Shown here: positions 38,181 to 48,089 of the stretch, piece by piece | Position numbering within the stretch: the first letter of the stretch is position 1 | How the letters are laid out: the number at the start of each line of letters is the position of its first letter | Assembly (NCBI GenBank): GCA_963845085.1 | Contig: CAWJQI010000005.1 | Span: 224,001-288,000, forward strand | Direction of reading: 5' to 3' | Origin: Candidatus Fermentibacterota bacterium | Lineage (GTDB): Bacteria > Fermentibacterota > Fermentibacteria > Fermentibacterales > JCC-6 | DNA: 64,000 bases | Notes under the pieces: model-generated | Seen by the model: only the letters and a program-made list of their open reading frames with translations | Told to the model about the DNA's origin: nothing | Database searches by the model: none | Made by a program: the position numbers and the translations under genes

Positions 38181-41100
38181 ATGAGTGATACCATCATGAC
38201 CATCGACGGGAATGAAGCCGCGGCCAGAGTGGCCCACAAACTCAGCGAGGTCATCGCCATCTACCCTATCACCCCCTCGAGCAACATGGGGGAGCATGCC
38301 GATGAATGGTCGGCCGCAGGCAAAACAAACATCTGGAACACCGTCCCGCTGGTGCAGGAGATGCAGAGCGAGGGCGGAGCAGCGGCATCGGTTCACGGAG
38401 CCCTTCAGACCGGCGCCCTCACTACAACCTTCACCGCAAGCCAGGGGCTTCTTCTCATGATCCCCACGATGCACAAGCTCGCAGGGGAACTCACCTCCAC
38501 AGTGTTCCACGTTTCCGCCCGCAGCCTTGCCTGTCAGGCTCTCTCGATCTTCGGTGACCACAGCGACGTCATGTCCGTGCGCAATACCGGCTTCGCGCTG
38601 CTTTCCAGCGCGAGCGTGCAGGAAGTGCCCGACATGGCAGTCATCTCTCACGCGGCCACTCTCAGCAGCCGCATCCCCTTCCTGCACTTCTTCGACGGGT
38701 TCCGCACGAGCCACGAGGTCCAGAAGATCTCCGTGCCTGGCGATGACGTGCTCCGTGCGATGATCGACGACGAACTGGTCCTTGCCCACAGACACAGGGG
38801 AATGAACCCGAACCGACCCGTTCTCAGGGGAACCAGCCAGAACCCCGACGTTTACTTCCAGGGCCGCGAGACCGTCAACACCTATCACCTCGCAACCCCG
38901 GGCATCGTTCAGGAATACATGGACATTTACGCCGGCCTCACCGGCAGGCAGTACCACCTGTTCGACTACGTGGGCGCCCCTGATGCGGAAAGCGTTGTCG
39001 TGCTGATGGGTTCGGGCTGCGAAACTGCACATGAGACGGTCGAGTGCATGCTTGCCGACGGTGCAAAGGTGGGCGTTCTGAAGGTAAGGCTTTACCGTCC
39101 CTTCGACCCGCGCGCCATGCTTGCCGCCATCCCTTCCACCGTGAAGGTTCTCAGCGTTCTCGACCGCACCAAGGAACCCGGAAGCGAGGGTGAGCCCCTC
39201 TACAAAGACGTGGCAACCGCCCTCAAGGAATCCGGCCGCTGCGGCGTGAAGGTGCTCGGCGGCAGGTACGGCCTGTCCAGCAAGGAATTCACGCCCGCGA
39301 TGGTGAAGGCTGTGTTCGACAATGCCGCCGGTGAGAAGAAGCACGGCTTCACCGTCGGGATCAATGACGACCTCACGGGCACGAGCATCACTGTTCCCGA
39401 GTTCTGCATACCCTCCCAGGGCATGCACCAGGCCGTTTTCTTCGGCCTTGGCTCGGACGGAACCGTGGGCGCCAACAAGAACAGCATCAAGATCATCGGT
39501 GAAACCACCGACTTCTACGCCCAGGGGTATTTCGTCTACGACTCCAAGAAGGCCGGCGCCATCACAGTGAGCCATCTCCGCTTCGGTCCCCGCCCGATCC
39601 GCCAGACCTGCCTCATCGGGCGTGCCGACTTCGTGGCATGCCACCAGACCGTGTTCATGGAGAAGTACGACATACTCCGCTACGCTGCCAAGGGGGCAAC
39701 CTTCCTTCTGAACACCCCCTACAGCAGGGATGAGGTCTGGAACAGCCTGCCCCGCGAGGCCCAGAAAGACATCATCGAGAAGAACATCAGGTTCTATGTG
39801 ATCGACGCCTACAAGGTGGCCCGGGAGACAGACATGGGCGTGATGATCAACACCATCATGCAGACCTGCTTCTTTGCGATCAGCGGTGTCATCCCGAGGG
39901 AAGAGGCGATTGCGAAGATCAAGGGCGCCATCAAGAAAACCTACGGCCGCAAGGGCGAGAAGATCGTTGCCAAGAACTACGCTGCGGTGGACCACAGTCT
40001 GGCCAACCTCTTCGAGGTGCAGCACCCCGCAGAGGTCACAAGCTCATTCAACAGACCCCCTTCCGTTCCTGCCGATGCACCTGATTTCGTGCAGAACGTA
40101 ACCGCAGAGATCATCGCCCAGCGGGGCGACAGCCTTCCCGTGAGCGCGATGCCTCCCGACGGCACCTGGCCAACCGGAACGACCCAGTACGAGAAGAGGA
40201 ACATCGCCCTCTCGATACCGGTCTGGGATCCCGCCGTCTGTCTGCAGTGCGGGGTGTGCAGCCTTGTCTGTCCCCACGCCGCCATCCGCATAAAGCACTA
40301 CGACGCGGGCTGCCTGAAGGGTGCCCCCGCCACGTTCAAGAGCATCGATGGCAAGGCCAGGTTCCAGGGCACTTCCTACACGGTCCAGGTTGCCCCCGAG
40401 GACTGCACCGGCTGCGGTGCCTGCGTCGAGGCATGCCCGGGCAGGAACAAGGCCGTCGAGGGCCGGAAGGCCATCAACATGGAGCCCCAGATCCCTCTCA
40501 GGGCTCCCGAGGCTGAGAACTACTCATTCTTCCTTGCCATACCCGACTACGACCGTTCCAAGGTTGACGTCTCCTCCGTGAAGGGCAGCCAGCTTCTCCG
40601 CCCGCTGTTCGAGTACTCCGGAGCATGCGCCGGCTGCGGCGAGACCCCCTATGTGAAGCTCCTCACGCAGCTCTATGGCGACAGGGCCGTGATCGCCAAC
40701 GCCACGGGCTGCAGCAGCATCTACGGCGGGAACCTTCCCACGACCCCCTACTGCAGTAACGCCGACGGGCGAGGCCCCGCCTGGAACAACAGCCTCTTCG
40801 AGGACGCCGCAGAGTTCGGCTTCGGCTTCAGGCTCACCGCCGACAAGCACACCGGATTCGCTGTCGAACTGCTGCAGGCCATGGGTGACAAGCTCGACGC
40901 ATCACTGGTCGCCGGGCTTCTCGACTGTGCCCAGGTCTCCGAGGAGGAGATCGAGGCCCAGAGGAAAAGGGTGGATGCGCTCCGCAAGGCGCTGGGACGA
41001 ATCGACACCCCCGAAGCCCGCCAGCTTGAAAGCCTCGCCGACTACTTCGTGAAACGAAGCGTCTGGATCATTGGCGGGGACGGCTGGGCGTACGACATCG

Positions 41101-41714
41101 GTTACGGCGGTCTCGACCATGTCCTTGCCCAGGGCAAGAACGTCAACGCTCTTGTGCTCGACACCGGCGTTTACTCAAACACCGGCGGGCAGTGCTCGAA
41201 GGCAACCCCGATGGGCGCTGTCGCCAAGTTCGCAGCGAGCGGCAAACCCATGCCCAGGAAAGACCTGGCCATGATAAGCATGACCTACGGCAACATCTAC
41301 GTGGCACAGATCGCCATGGGCGCCAACTACGGCCAGGCAGTGAAGGCGTTCGTCGAGGCCGAAAGTTACGACGGCCCATCGATCATCATCGCCTACAGCC
41401 ACTGCATCGCCCACGGAATCAACATGACCAAGGGCATGGATGAACAGAAGCTTGCCGTGAAAACCGGCCTCTGGCCGCTGTTCCGCTTCGATCCGAGGCT
41501 GATCGGCAAGGGCCAGTCACCACTCCAGCTCGATTCCAAGAAGCCCGACACACCCTTCAGCGAACTCGCCCGCAGCGAGGTGCGCTGGAAGGTTCTTCTC
41601 GACAAGGACCCTGAGCGCGGAGAGATGCTCGTAAAGCAGGCCCAGGTTGAGATCAACAGAAGGTTCCACCTCTACGAGCAGATGGCTGCCATGAATTGGA
41701 ACGCCGGCGAGTAG
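38181..41714 (+). CDS. nifJ: pyruvate:ferredoxin (flavodoxin) oxidoreductase, homodimeric
   Basis: YPITPS, MQSEGGAA, GLGSDGTVGANK, two 4Fe-4S motifs, GACAGCGETPY, GGDGWAYDIG, YSNTGGQ. Confidence 0.97.
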   Translation: MSDTIMTIDGNEAAARVAHKLSEVIAIYPITPSSNMGEHADEWSAAGKTNIWNTVPLVQEMQSEGGAAASVHGALQTGALTTTFTASQGLLLMIPTMHKLAGELTSTVFHVSARSLACQALSIFGDHSDVMSVRNTGFALLSSASVQEVPDMAVISHAATLSSRIPFLHFFDGFRTSHEVQKISVPGDDVLRAMIDDELVLAHRHRGMNPNRPVLRGTSQNPDVYFQGRETVNTYHLATPGIVQEYMDIYAGLTGRQYHLFDYVGAPDAESVVVLMGSGCETAHETVECMLADGAKVGVLKVRLYRPFDPRAMLAAIPSTVKVLSVLDRTKEPGSEGEPLYKDVATALKESGRCGVKVLGGRYGLSSKEFTPAMVKAVFDNAAGEKKHGFTVGINDDLTGTSITVPEFCIPSQGMHQAVFFGLGSDGTVGANKNSIKIIGETTDFYAQGYFVYDSKKAGAITVSHLRFGPRPIRQTCLIGRADFVACHQTVFMEKYDILRYAAKGATFLLNTPYSRDEVWNSLPREAQKDIIEKNIRFYVIDAYKVARETDMGVMINTIMQTCFFAISGVIPREEAIAKIKGAIKKTYGRKGEKIVAKNYAAVDHSLANLFEVQHPAEVTSSFNRPPSVPADAPDFVQNVTAEIIAQRGDSLPVSAMPPDGTWPTGTTQYEKRNIALSIPVWDPAVCLQCGVCSLVCPHAAIRIKHYDAGCLKGAPATFKSIDGKARFQGTSYTVQVAPEDCTGCGACVEACPGRNKAVEGRKAINMEPQIPLRAPEAENYSFFLAIPDYDRSKVDVSSVKGSQLLRPLFEYSGACAGCGETPYVKLLTQLYGDRAVIANATGCSSIYGGNLPTTPYCSNADGRGPAWNNSLFEDAAEFGFGFRLTADKHTGFAVELLQAMGDKLDASLVAGLLDCAQVSEEEIEAQRKRVDALRKALGRIDTPEARQLESLADYFVKRSVWIIGGDGWAYDIGYGGLDHVLAQGKNVNALVLDTGVYSNTGGQCSKATPMGAVAKFAASGKPMPRKDLAMISMTYGNIYVAQIAMGANYGQAVKAFVEAESYDGPSIIIAYSHCIAHGINMTKGMDEQKLAVKTGLWPLFRFDPRLIGKGQSPLQLDSKKPDTPFSELARSEVRWKVLLDKDPERGEMLVKQAQVEINRRFHLYEQMAAMNWNAGE

Positions 41715-41734
41715 GGGCTTCATGTTTTTGAAGC

Positions 41735-41756
41735 GGGGGGGGCATCCGCCCCCCCC
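41735..41756. terminator. inverted repeat after nifJ
   Basis: G8C-ATCC-GC8 hairpin between convergent genes. Confidence 0.6.
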
Positions 41757-41770
41757 TGTAGTTTCCCGGC

Positions 41771-43336
41771 CTACCAGGTTTCCGCCGTTACGGCGAATTC
41801 CCTTTCGCAATCGACAGGACCGGCGTGAACCACATCAGGGCACTCCCTGTCTGAGTGCCTTGTAAGAAGGCTTACAACCACTGTGCCGGCAACGGCCATC
41901 AGCACGCCGAAAGCCAGGTAATTGTAGCCATAGCTGTTCGAAAGCCATCCAGGAAGAGCCTCGGCCCAGGAGTCAGCTATCGTGTAGTACTCCCAGAAGT
42001 AACCGCCTATCGACCCGGCCAGGCCAAGTAGAATCCCGGCGGTAACACCGGCAGCAGTCGCCCGTTTCCAGAAAGCTGCAAGGAACGGAACCGCAATGCA
42101 GGCAGAAAGCACTCCACTTGAAATGTAGTACACGTCTCCCAGCTTCTCGCTTGCCAGCGCCGCAGCCAGGGCTAAAAGGATTGTCGCCATCGAAATGATC
42201 CTTGAAAGGGTGTGCCGCTTGCCTGAAGCGGTGTTCCTGCGTTTCAGAACGGGCTCAACCATGTCGTGCGCAAGAGCCATGGAAGTCACGTTGCTGAAGG
42301 TGTCGATGGTGGACATCTGGCACGCCACAAGTCCGAGGACCATGATGATGGAAAGCCAGCCCGGCAGGCCGGCTATCACGGCACTGATAATCCCCAGTGC
42401 GTCGGGACCCACTTCAGGGGCCGGTGCTCCGTCAACAGGGGGGAATGCCGCAAGGGCGCCAAAGGCGGCAATGGATGGCAGCAGGCAGATAAAGACACCG
42501 ATGAGAAGCACCCCGAGCCATGCTCCCCGTCTGGCCTGCCTCGTGGAGGGTGCAGCCTGAACGCGGATCACCAGGTCCTGCTCCAGAAGCCATCCCGGAA
42601 GGTAGCCGACAAGCAGCACAACGGGGAACAAAACACCCAGAAACCACGGATTGCCGGCATCGCCGGCTGCCGCCCAGGGCGGGGTGACGGTTCGAAGGGC
42701 GCCCACGATATCTCCATTTGTCGCCTGCTGGGCCATTTCCAACACACCGCCCGCAAGAACTATCATGAAGAGAGCCATTATGCCGAACTGAAGCAGGTCG
42801 GTGGTGACGATGGCCCGAAAACCACCGAACCACGTGTAGAAAAGAATCGGCACAACTATCACCAGCATTGCTGCCCAGGCCGGAACTCCCAGAAACGGTG
42901 AAGCAAGGCTTCCCGCCATGAAAAGCTCCGCCTGCGTCCAGGAAAGAAAAACACCGAATGACATCACAGCAGTGAGAACCCTTGCGGCCGGACCGAACCG
43001 CCTCTGAAGGGCCTGGGGAATGCTGATGGTCGGGATGCGCCGGAGCATGGGTACGGCGGCCACGATAATGAACGTTAAAAGAATCCACGGTATCGGAAGG
43101 ATCCAGAGCCCGGACGCTCCATACATATAAATCTGCGACATTCCGAAGCCGATCCACCCCAGCATGAGCCAGCCGGCTGTCAGGCTGACGCCAAGCCGCC
43201 ACCCGGGAATCTTACGGTTGGCAAGCCAGAACTCGAGCTGGCTCTTCTCATCACTGGACTTTGCCCGAAGCTTCCATCCGAGAAGCATCACTGCCAGGCT
43301 GTAAAGAACTACTGCGCCCCAGTAAGCCCACGTCAT
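41771..43336 (-). CDS. sodium:solute symporter (SSS) family transporter
   Basis: About 13 TM segments; FWLANRK, YTWFGGFRAIVTTDLLQ, ACQMSTID, FWKRAT..G. Confidence 0.88.
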   Translation of the reverse strand: MTWAYWGAVVLYSLAVMLLGWKLRAKSSDEKSQLEFWLANRKIPGWRLGVSLTAGWLMLGWIGFGMSQIYMYGASGLWILPIPWILLTFIIVAAVPMLRRIPTISIPQALQRRFGPAARVLTAVMSFGVFLSWTQAELFMAGSLASPFLGVPAWAAMLVIVVPILFYTWFGGFRAIVTTDLLQFGIMALFMIVLAGGVLEMAQQATNGDIVGALRTVTPPWAAAGDAGNPWFLGVLFPVVLLVGYLPGWLLEQDLVIRVQAAPSTRQARRGAWLGVLLIGVFICLLPSIAAFGALAAFPPVDGAPAPEVGPDALGIISAVIAGLPGWLSIIMVLGLVACQMSTIDTFSNVTSMALAHDMVEPVLKRRNTASGKRHTLSRIISMATILLALAAALASEKLGDVYYISSGVLSACIAVPFLAAFWKRATAAGVTAGILLGLAGSIGGYFWEYYTIADSWAEALPGWLSNSYGYNYLAFGVLMAVAGTVVVSLLTRHSDRECPDVVHAGPVDCEREFAVTAETW

Positions 43337-44067
43337 TGAAGGAAACCCCAGGTTACTGAAATACCGGCGCGAAAGTGCGAGGGATCTTCAAAAGCATCCT
43401 TGATTTCGCCGTCGAGAAGCGTCGAGAAATCGGCGGACGGGGTGAGGGTTATGACGGACGAAAGCGGGATGGGTGCGGAAATCCCGATTGTGAGGTCGGC
43501 GAGGGCAGCCTTGTTCACGCCGTAAATCGCAAGGTTGTGCCTGCGGTTCCCATAGCCGAGATTTAGGTTAACCGCAGGTTCTACACAACCCACCGGTATT
43601 CCCTGGGCGAGGGAAACGGAACCGTAAAGCCCCTCGGCCTGCTCAAGATCGCGATACAGGTTCAGCGACGGTGACAGGGATACATTGGGACCCATGCAGA
43701 TATAGAGCTCTGATGAGCTTTCGTATCCCGTATTTGGATACCAGTACTTGCCGAGTCCACCGTACACCCACAGCGGGCCCAGATCCCTCGTATAGTCAAG
43801 GATGAAGTCAACTTCCGTGAACTCTCCGGCAGCGAATCCATAACCGTCACCGTAGTCATTCTCCTCGGTCATTTCCATGCTGCCCCACAGAGTGGTGCTG
43901 AACCCGGATAACCCCGCAGAGGCTGAAGGCTCGAGCACCGGAGCGTCAACGTATACCACGCCCCTGAAGAGGTAGCTGCTTCTTGCCGTGAGGTCTGCAG
44001 AACCCCAGAGATCACCGGCTGCTGCAGCTGCGAGCAGCGTCAATACAAAGATCAGACTTGTTCTCAA
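43333..44067 (-). CDS. TorF-like putative outer-membrane porin
   Basis: Signal peptide; SSYLFRG, EVDFILDY, Y.YP, ELY; terminal beta-strand AGISVTWGF; TTG start. Confidence 0.7.
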   Translation of the reverse strand: MRTSLIFVLTLLAAAAAGDLWGSADLTARSSYLFRGVVYVDAPVLEPSASAGLSGFSTTLWGSMEMTEENDYGDGYGFAAGEFTEVDFILDYTRDLGPLWVYGGLGKYWYPNTGYESSSELYICMGPNVSLSPSLNLYRDLEQAEGLYGSVSLAQGIPVGCVEPAVNLNLGYGNRRHNLAIYGVNKAALADLTIGISAPIPLSSVITLTPSADFSTLLDGEIKDAFEDPSHFRAGISVTWGFLQ

Positions 44068-44070
44068 GGA

Positions 44071-44160
44071 AACCCTCCCCCGGTATTCCGGCCGGGAAGG
44101 TTATGCGAATACAGCCCCCCGGACCGGAGTTGTCGATCGGCTGCCCAACCCGGACAGCAA
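44071..44160 (-). promoter_or_regulatory. structured leader with an SD-sequestering hairpin
   Basis: AACCUUCCC-GG...CC-GG-GGGAGGGUU covers the GGAGGG SD; CCGGGGGG (44115-44122) can pair with the same anti-SD. Confidence 0.5.
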
Positions 44161-44169
44161 TTCAATTCC

Positions 44170-44193
44170 TCATGTACGACGGACTGCGGTCAT
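44170..44193 (-). CDS. putative leader peptide uORF MTAVRRT
   Basis: AAGGAAAGGA RBS, then ATG ACC GCA GTC CGT CGT ACA TGA, just downstream of the promoter. Confidence 0.45.
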   Translation of the reverse strand: MTAVRRT

Positions 44194-44220
44194 CTTGTCC
44201 TTTCCTTGAAGGTTGGTCGG

Positions 44221-44249
44221 ATTCTTTTCACGAAACACATCGATGTCAA
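44221..44249 (-). promoter_or_regulatory. sigma70-type promoter
   Basis: TTGACA-N17-AAGAAT. Confidence 0.55.
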
Positions 44250-44333
44250 GCGGCACCCGGCACTGTCGTAGCTCACTGCGGGTACCGGCCGGGCGCAGGT
44301 TCCCCCGGCCGGTCCGCGAAATGCCCGCAACTG

Positions 44334-45423
44334 TCAGAAGGCAGCCTTTTTAGCCTCGTCGGAGAGCTCGCACCCGTACTTTTCCACCAGATACCTGTCA
44401 AGGTCATCGGCCCTGGATGCCATGTTCACGATGTTTTCCCGTAATGCTGTCGACATGGTCCGATTTCAGGTCAGAGAGGTGCACCCTGTACGAGATGTAG
44501 ACAAGCCCGCTGTCGACACCCAGGTTGTAGGGCAGCGCAGGATTGCTGAGGATATACCTGTAGAGCTCGGTGAGGTTTTCGGTCGGCAGTTTCACAAGGG
44601 GACATGTGACAGTCAGGTAGTTCGACCTGTATACGAAGATCCTGATGAGAGCGCTTCCCCGGTGAAACTCCCAGAACTCGTAGCCGTTCCGCGCCAGAAC
44701 GGGGTCAATCCCCATCTTCTCGACGGCGCTCTCGACAAACACGGAAAGATCGGTCATGGGAGCTCTTTCAAAGAGGCTCTTCACATCGAGCCTGACCCCG
44801 CAGTTCTCGCAGTACTCATCCTCCTGCTCGAGGAGGCAGCCGCACGACGGGCATCTCACCGAGTAGTGTTCGGGCATCTTCTTCTCGAGAAGTGCCAGCT
44901 CCCTCCCTATGATATCCGCCGGGAGCGAAAAACCTATGTTCTCGGCTTCCTTGAACTTGCACGTTGTTATGCCGACCACCCGGCCGTCGGGAAGCACCAT
45001 CGGGCCACCGCTGTTGCCGGGATTGATCGCGGCGTCGGTCTGGATGTAGCACTGTCCGTTCACGAGCTGGTTGACGCTCGAAATGATGCCCTCGGTCACG
45101 TTGAACGGATAGCCGAAGGGGTAGCCGAGCACAAGTATCCTGTCCATCACCTTCAGGTTGTCGACGCTCGAAAAGTCAAGTTCAGGGGCATCGATCACAC
45201 CCGCGGGTCTGAGAAACGCGAGATCGTGCTTCGGGGAGATCAGTATCACATCCGCCCTCATGGCTTCACTGCCGGTGTTCTCGACCGAGACCTCCCTCTC
45301 TCCGTCGACAACGTGGTGGTTCGTGATGATCACACCGTGCTTCTTCGAATAGAAGCCCGACCCGCTTCCGCGCGAGGTTCTTACCTTGAAGACCAGTTTG
45401 AAGATGTCATTGAGATCTGCCAT
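44334..45423 (-). CDS. cytosolic trypsin-like serine protease with zinc ribbon and YbjN-like domain; +1 frameshift near 44438
   Basis: TNHHV, DLA, INPGNSGGP; CPSC...CENC; FHRGSALIRIF. Removing one G gives the tail ENIVNMASRADDLDRYLVEKYGC...AAF* ending at 44334. Confidence 0.8.
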
Positions 45424-45426
45424 GAT

Positions 45427-46548
45427 CTACTCCGATGGCTGTTGGAGTTTCATAACTTCCGACACCGCCTTGAAAAGCTCTTCAGCGGCCGTCTTCCAAT
45501 CTTTTCCCGACGCCGCGTGCAATCCATGGTTGAGGGTTTCTTCTATGCTCCTCGGAACCAGGAACCTGTAGAGGAGATTGTAGACATCGTAGAGAAGGAA
45601 CACCACCGCGCTCATGAACGCCGAGGAGGAGATGTCCTTCTCTGCATTGAGATAGTAGTTCTCAAGCTCCTTCTTTATCAGGGGCAGGAAGGCGTGCTTC
45701 CTGAGGGAAATCAGGCTTTCAGTCCTGTAGATGGATTCCGAGAACTTTTCAGGAGTGATGGCTGCGAGGTCGCTGAAAAAGCCGCAGAGATTGTCGAGCT
45801 TCTCAGCGGGGGCCGCCTTGGAAAATGAATCGTTCACGACCTTTCCGATCTCGGCGGCCAGAAATCCCTTCGGCGAAAAGATGTAGTCGATCTTCCAGAG
45901 GGATATCAGGCCGGACTCAACGCCCATGTCGTACCACCGGTTGTCCCTGAAGTAATGAAGGTAATCGAGACCTTCCTTCACATGCGCTCCAAACCTTGCG
46001 TAAATGTCGGCCAGTTCGGCGTCGGTGCAGTGAATGCACTTCGGTTCGCAGATCCTTTTTGCCTGGAACTTCTCGATGAACACGTCGTCGAAATGATCGG
46101 CGTTGATGCACAGCTCGTACAGGATGTCGTACAGTTTGTAGGGCTCGCACAGCGAAAGCGGCACATCGATCTCGAAATGAAGCTGGTCCTCCCTCAGCAC
46201 GATCTGTGTCAGGAAGAGGACGCCGAAGTTGATCTCCGACACCTGTCTGAGCAGGGCGTTCACCCTTTTCTCCGGCAGGCTCAGGAATGGTGCACGAATC
46301 TGAAGGGCCGAATCGGTGATCCTCATGTTGATAATGATTGAGCCGTGGGGCAGGTTGAACTCGTTCCCGTCTGCACTGCCGTACTTCGCGGCGGCTTCCG
46401 GATCCAGGTAGTCAAGCAGGTTCAGGATGGTTTCCCTGTGTTTTCCGGCGCTGTGCGAATCAAGCACCGCCTGCCATCTGTTGGTGAAATCCGTGAGCCC
46501 TGTCAGGCCTCCCGTAGGCGTTTCGAAAATGTACGAAGTGTTCATCAT
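45427..46548 (-). CDS. hypothetical protein with N-terminal YbjN-like (T3SS-chaperone fold) region and helical C-terminus
   Basis: PHGSIII...IRAPFLSLP...ALLRQVSEINF...ADHFDDVFIEKF; operonic with the protease. Confidence 0.65.
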   Translation of the reverse strand: MMNTSYIFETPTGGLTGLTDFTNRWQAVLDSHSAGKHRETILNLLDYLDPEAAAKYGSADGNEFNLPHGSIIINMRITDSALQIRAPFLSLPEKRVNALLRQVSEINFGVLFLTQIVLREDQLHFEIDVPLSLCEPYKLYDILYELCINADHFDDVFIEKFQAKRICEPKCIHCTDAELADIYARFGAHVKEGLDYLHYFRDNRWYDMGVESGLISLWKIDYIFSPKGFLAAEIGKVVNDSFSKAAPAEKLDNLCGFFSDLAAITPEKFSESIYRTESLISLRKHAFLPLIKKELENYYLNAEKDISSSAFMSAVVFLLYDVYNLLYRFLVPRSIEETLNHGLHAASGKDWKTAAEELFKAVSEVMKLQQPSE

Positions 46549-46748
46549 GCCTCCGTTACGAGTTAGGCTTCCGGCGCCCGGAGCGGCTCATTCACCCCCT
46601 GCACGCCTCGAATTTCCTTTCAGGAAGGCGACAATAGCGCAGGTTTTAATACCAGTCAATCGCACGGCACGGTCATGCCGGAATGTGTTGACCGGAGTCC
46701 GGTTCCTTCCATATCATCCCTGCGGGATACCCTTTCATCGGAGGATGA

Positions 46749-47171
46749 ATGACAACCATTGAATTCATCATAATGTGCGTGCTGATGGCAATGGTCCCCG
46801 CTTGCGGGGAAGACGGCGACGACGGAACAGGGGAGGCTTCTGATGCGTCATCCGCGGAGGTGGCATTCTCCGGAGTAGAGGAGTTGACCCGCCTTCACGG
46901 GAAGCGGGAGTCCGAAGTCGTATCTGAAATGGGTCCGCCGGATTTTGAGCAGGAACTGGTCCTGCATGCCGGAGAGACCCTTCCCGAGTTCTTTATCGAG
47001 GTTCACAACACCTATTCACCGGAAGATCCCGCCATTGAAGGAAGGGTGATAAGACACCTTCAGTGGGACAGGGATGGTTACAGCGAAGCCGTATTCATGC
47101 ACAGACCCGACCCTGACGGCGAGTGGATCGTACTCGAGTCTGTGAAGTGGTCGGAAGGGGTGGAGTTCTGA
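46749..47171 (+). CDS. lipoprotein
   Basis: Lipobox VPAC, acidic linker, MGPPD motif. Confidence 0.65.
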   Translation: MTTIEFIIMCVLMAMVPACGEDGDDGTGEASDASSAEVAFSGVEELTRLHGKRESEVVSEMGPPDFEQELVLHAGETLPEFFIEVHNTYSPEDPAIEGRVIRHLQWDRDGYSEAVFMHRPDPDGEWIVLESVKWSEGVEF

Positions 47172-47172
47172 C

Positions 47173-48000
47173 ATGAGGATACCAATGGTGTTTTTCTGCA
47201 CTGCCGCCACTGCCGTCTTCAATGCATCCCCCGCAGACACCGTCTACGGTTTGCCGGCCAAGGATGTTGCCATTGTCTATGCCGAACCGGCGCATCTCTA
47301 CGCAGAGCCTTCGGTCAACTCAGAACTTCTCTGCAGCCCGCCTGTCGGAACGCCTGTGCTCGATCTGGCTCCCGCCGGGAGCAGCATCCTGCAGGGCGGC
47401 ATCCTCTCCCCGTGGATGGGGGGCGTTTGCGAGGTTGATGGCAAGAGCCATCGAGGTTTCATCCTGATGGCTGACCTCGCCCTGACGGAACTGAAGCTGG
47501 GGGGTGACACACTGTTCGTGTTCGGGCTGGATTCCCTCAGAACGGTCGGTTCCGGGTACTGCGGCCAAGCCAAGGTGGTATTCGAAGGCAATGTGCTGCA
47601 GCGCATACAGCTCACTCCACCGAACGGTTTCTGGGAGGAAGGTGAATATCTTTACTGGGTCTCATCGCGTCGGATCGATCCAGCCGGCTTTTCGGGCATG
47701 GACGCCCTGTTCGTTCTCTCCTTCGAGTATCAGGCGTGCGGCTTCTTGAACCGCGCCATTCTGTTCGCCTGGTCGGACCGGTCCCTGGTGATGGGTCCTT
47801 CCGCAGACAGTGTCGCTGAGGCCGGGCTTTTCCACACTGTCGAGGAATTCCTGTTTCCGCCGGATGACGGCTCGGATCCCAATATCCTGAGGATTTCATT
47901 GGTCGTCGAGGAGTTCGTTGAAGAAGCGAGAGCCTATACCGTTACAAGAAGCGATACAACGAGATTCGAGTGGACGGGCACCGCGTTCAGGGAGTTGTAA
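47173..48000 (+). CDS. secreted protein with SH3-like N-terminal domain
   Basis: AHLYAEPS..S.......GT.V.....W.......GFI pattern; EYQACG. Confidence 0.6.
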   Translation: MRIPMVFFCTAATAVFNASPADTVYGLPAKDVAIVYAEPAHLYAEPSVNSELLCSPPVGTPVLDLAPAGSSILQGGILSPWMGGVCEVDGKSHRGFILMADLALTELKLGGDTLFVFGLDSLRTVGSGYCGQAKVVFEGNVLQRIQLTPPNGFWEEGEYLYWVSSRRIDPAGFSGMDALFVLSFEYQACGFLNRAILFAWSDRSLVMGPSADSVAEAGLFHTVEEFLFPPDDGSDPNILRISLVVEEFVEEARAYTVTRSDTTRFEWTGTAFREL

Positions 48001-48089
48001 CCCGCCGGCCCTGATTCCTCCGGGCCATAATCCGGTATGTTATTTGTCTCATTCAGCTTCCGGGAACAAAACTGCATGCCGTATTCACC

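Noticed and set aside
38049..40025. 658-aa antisense ORF over nifJ (and similar long shadow ORFs at 44422..45828, 62477..63619, 5986..6942)
   Set aside because: These are antisense or off-frame shadows of well-supported genes, expected with high GC3; no recognisable motifs.
44318..44340. GCCCGCAACTGT resembling part of a cobalamin riboswitch
   Set aside because: It is on the wrong strand for the transporter operon, overlaps a stop codon, and lacks the other conserved B12-element blocks.
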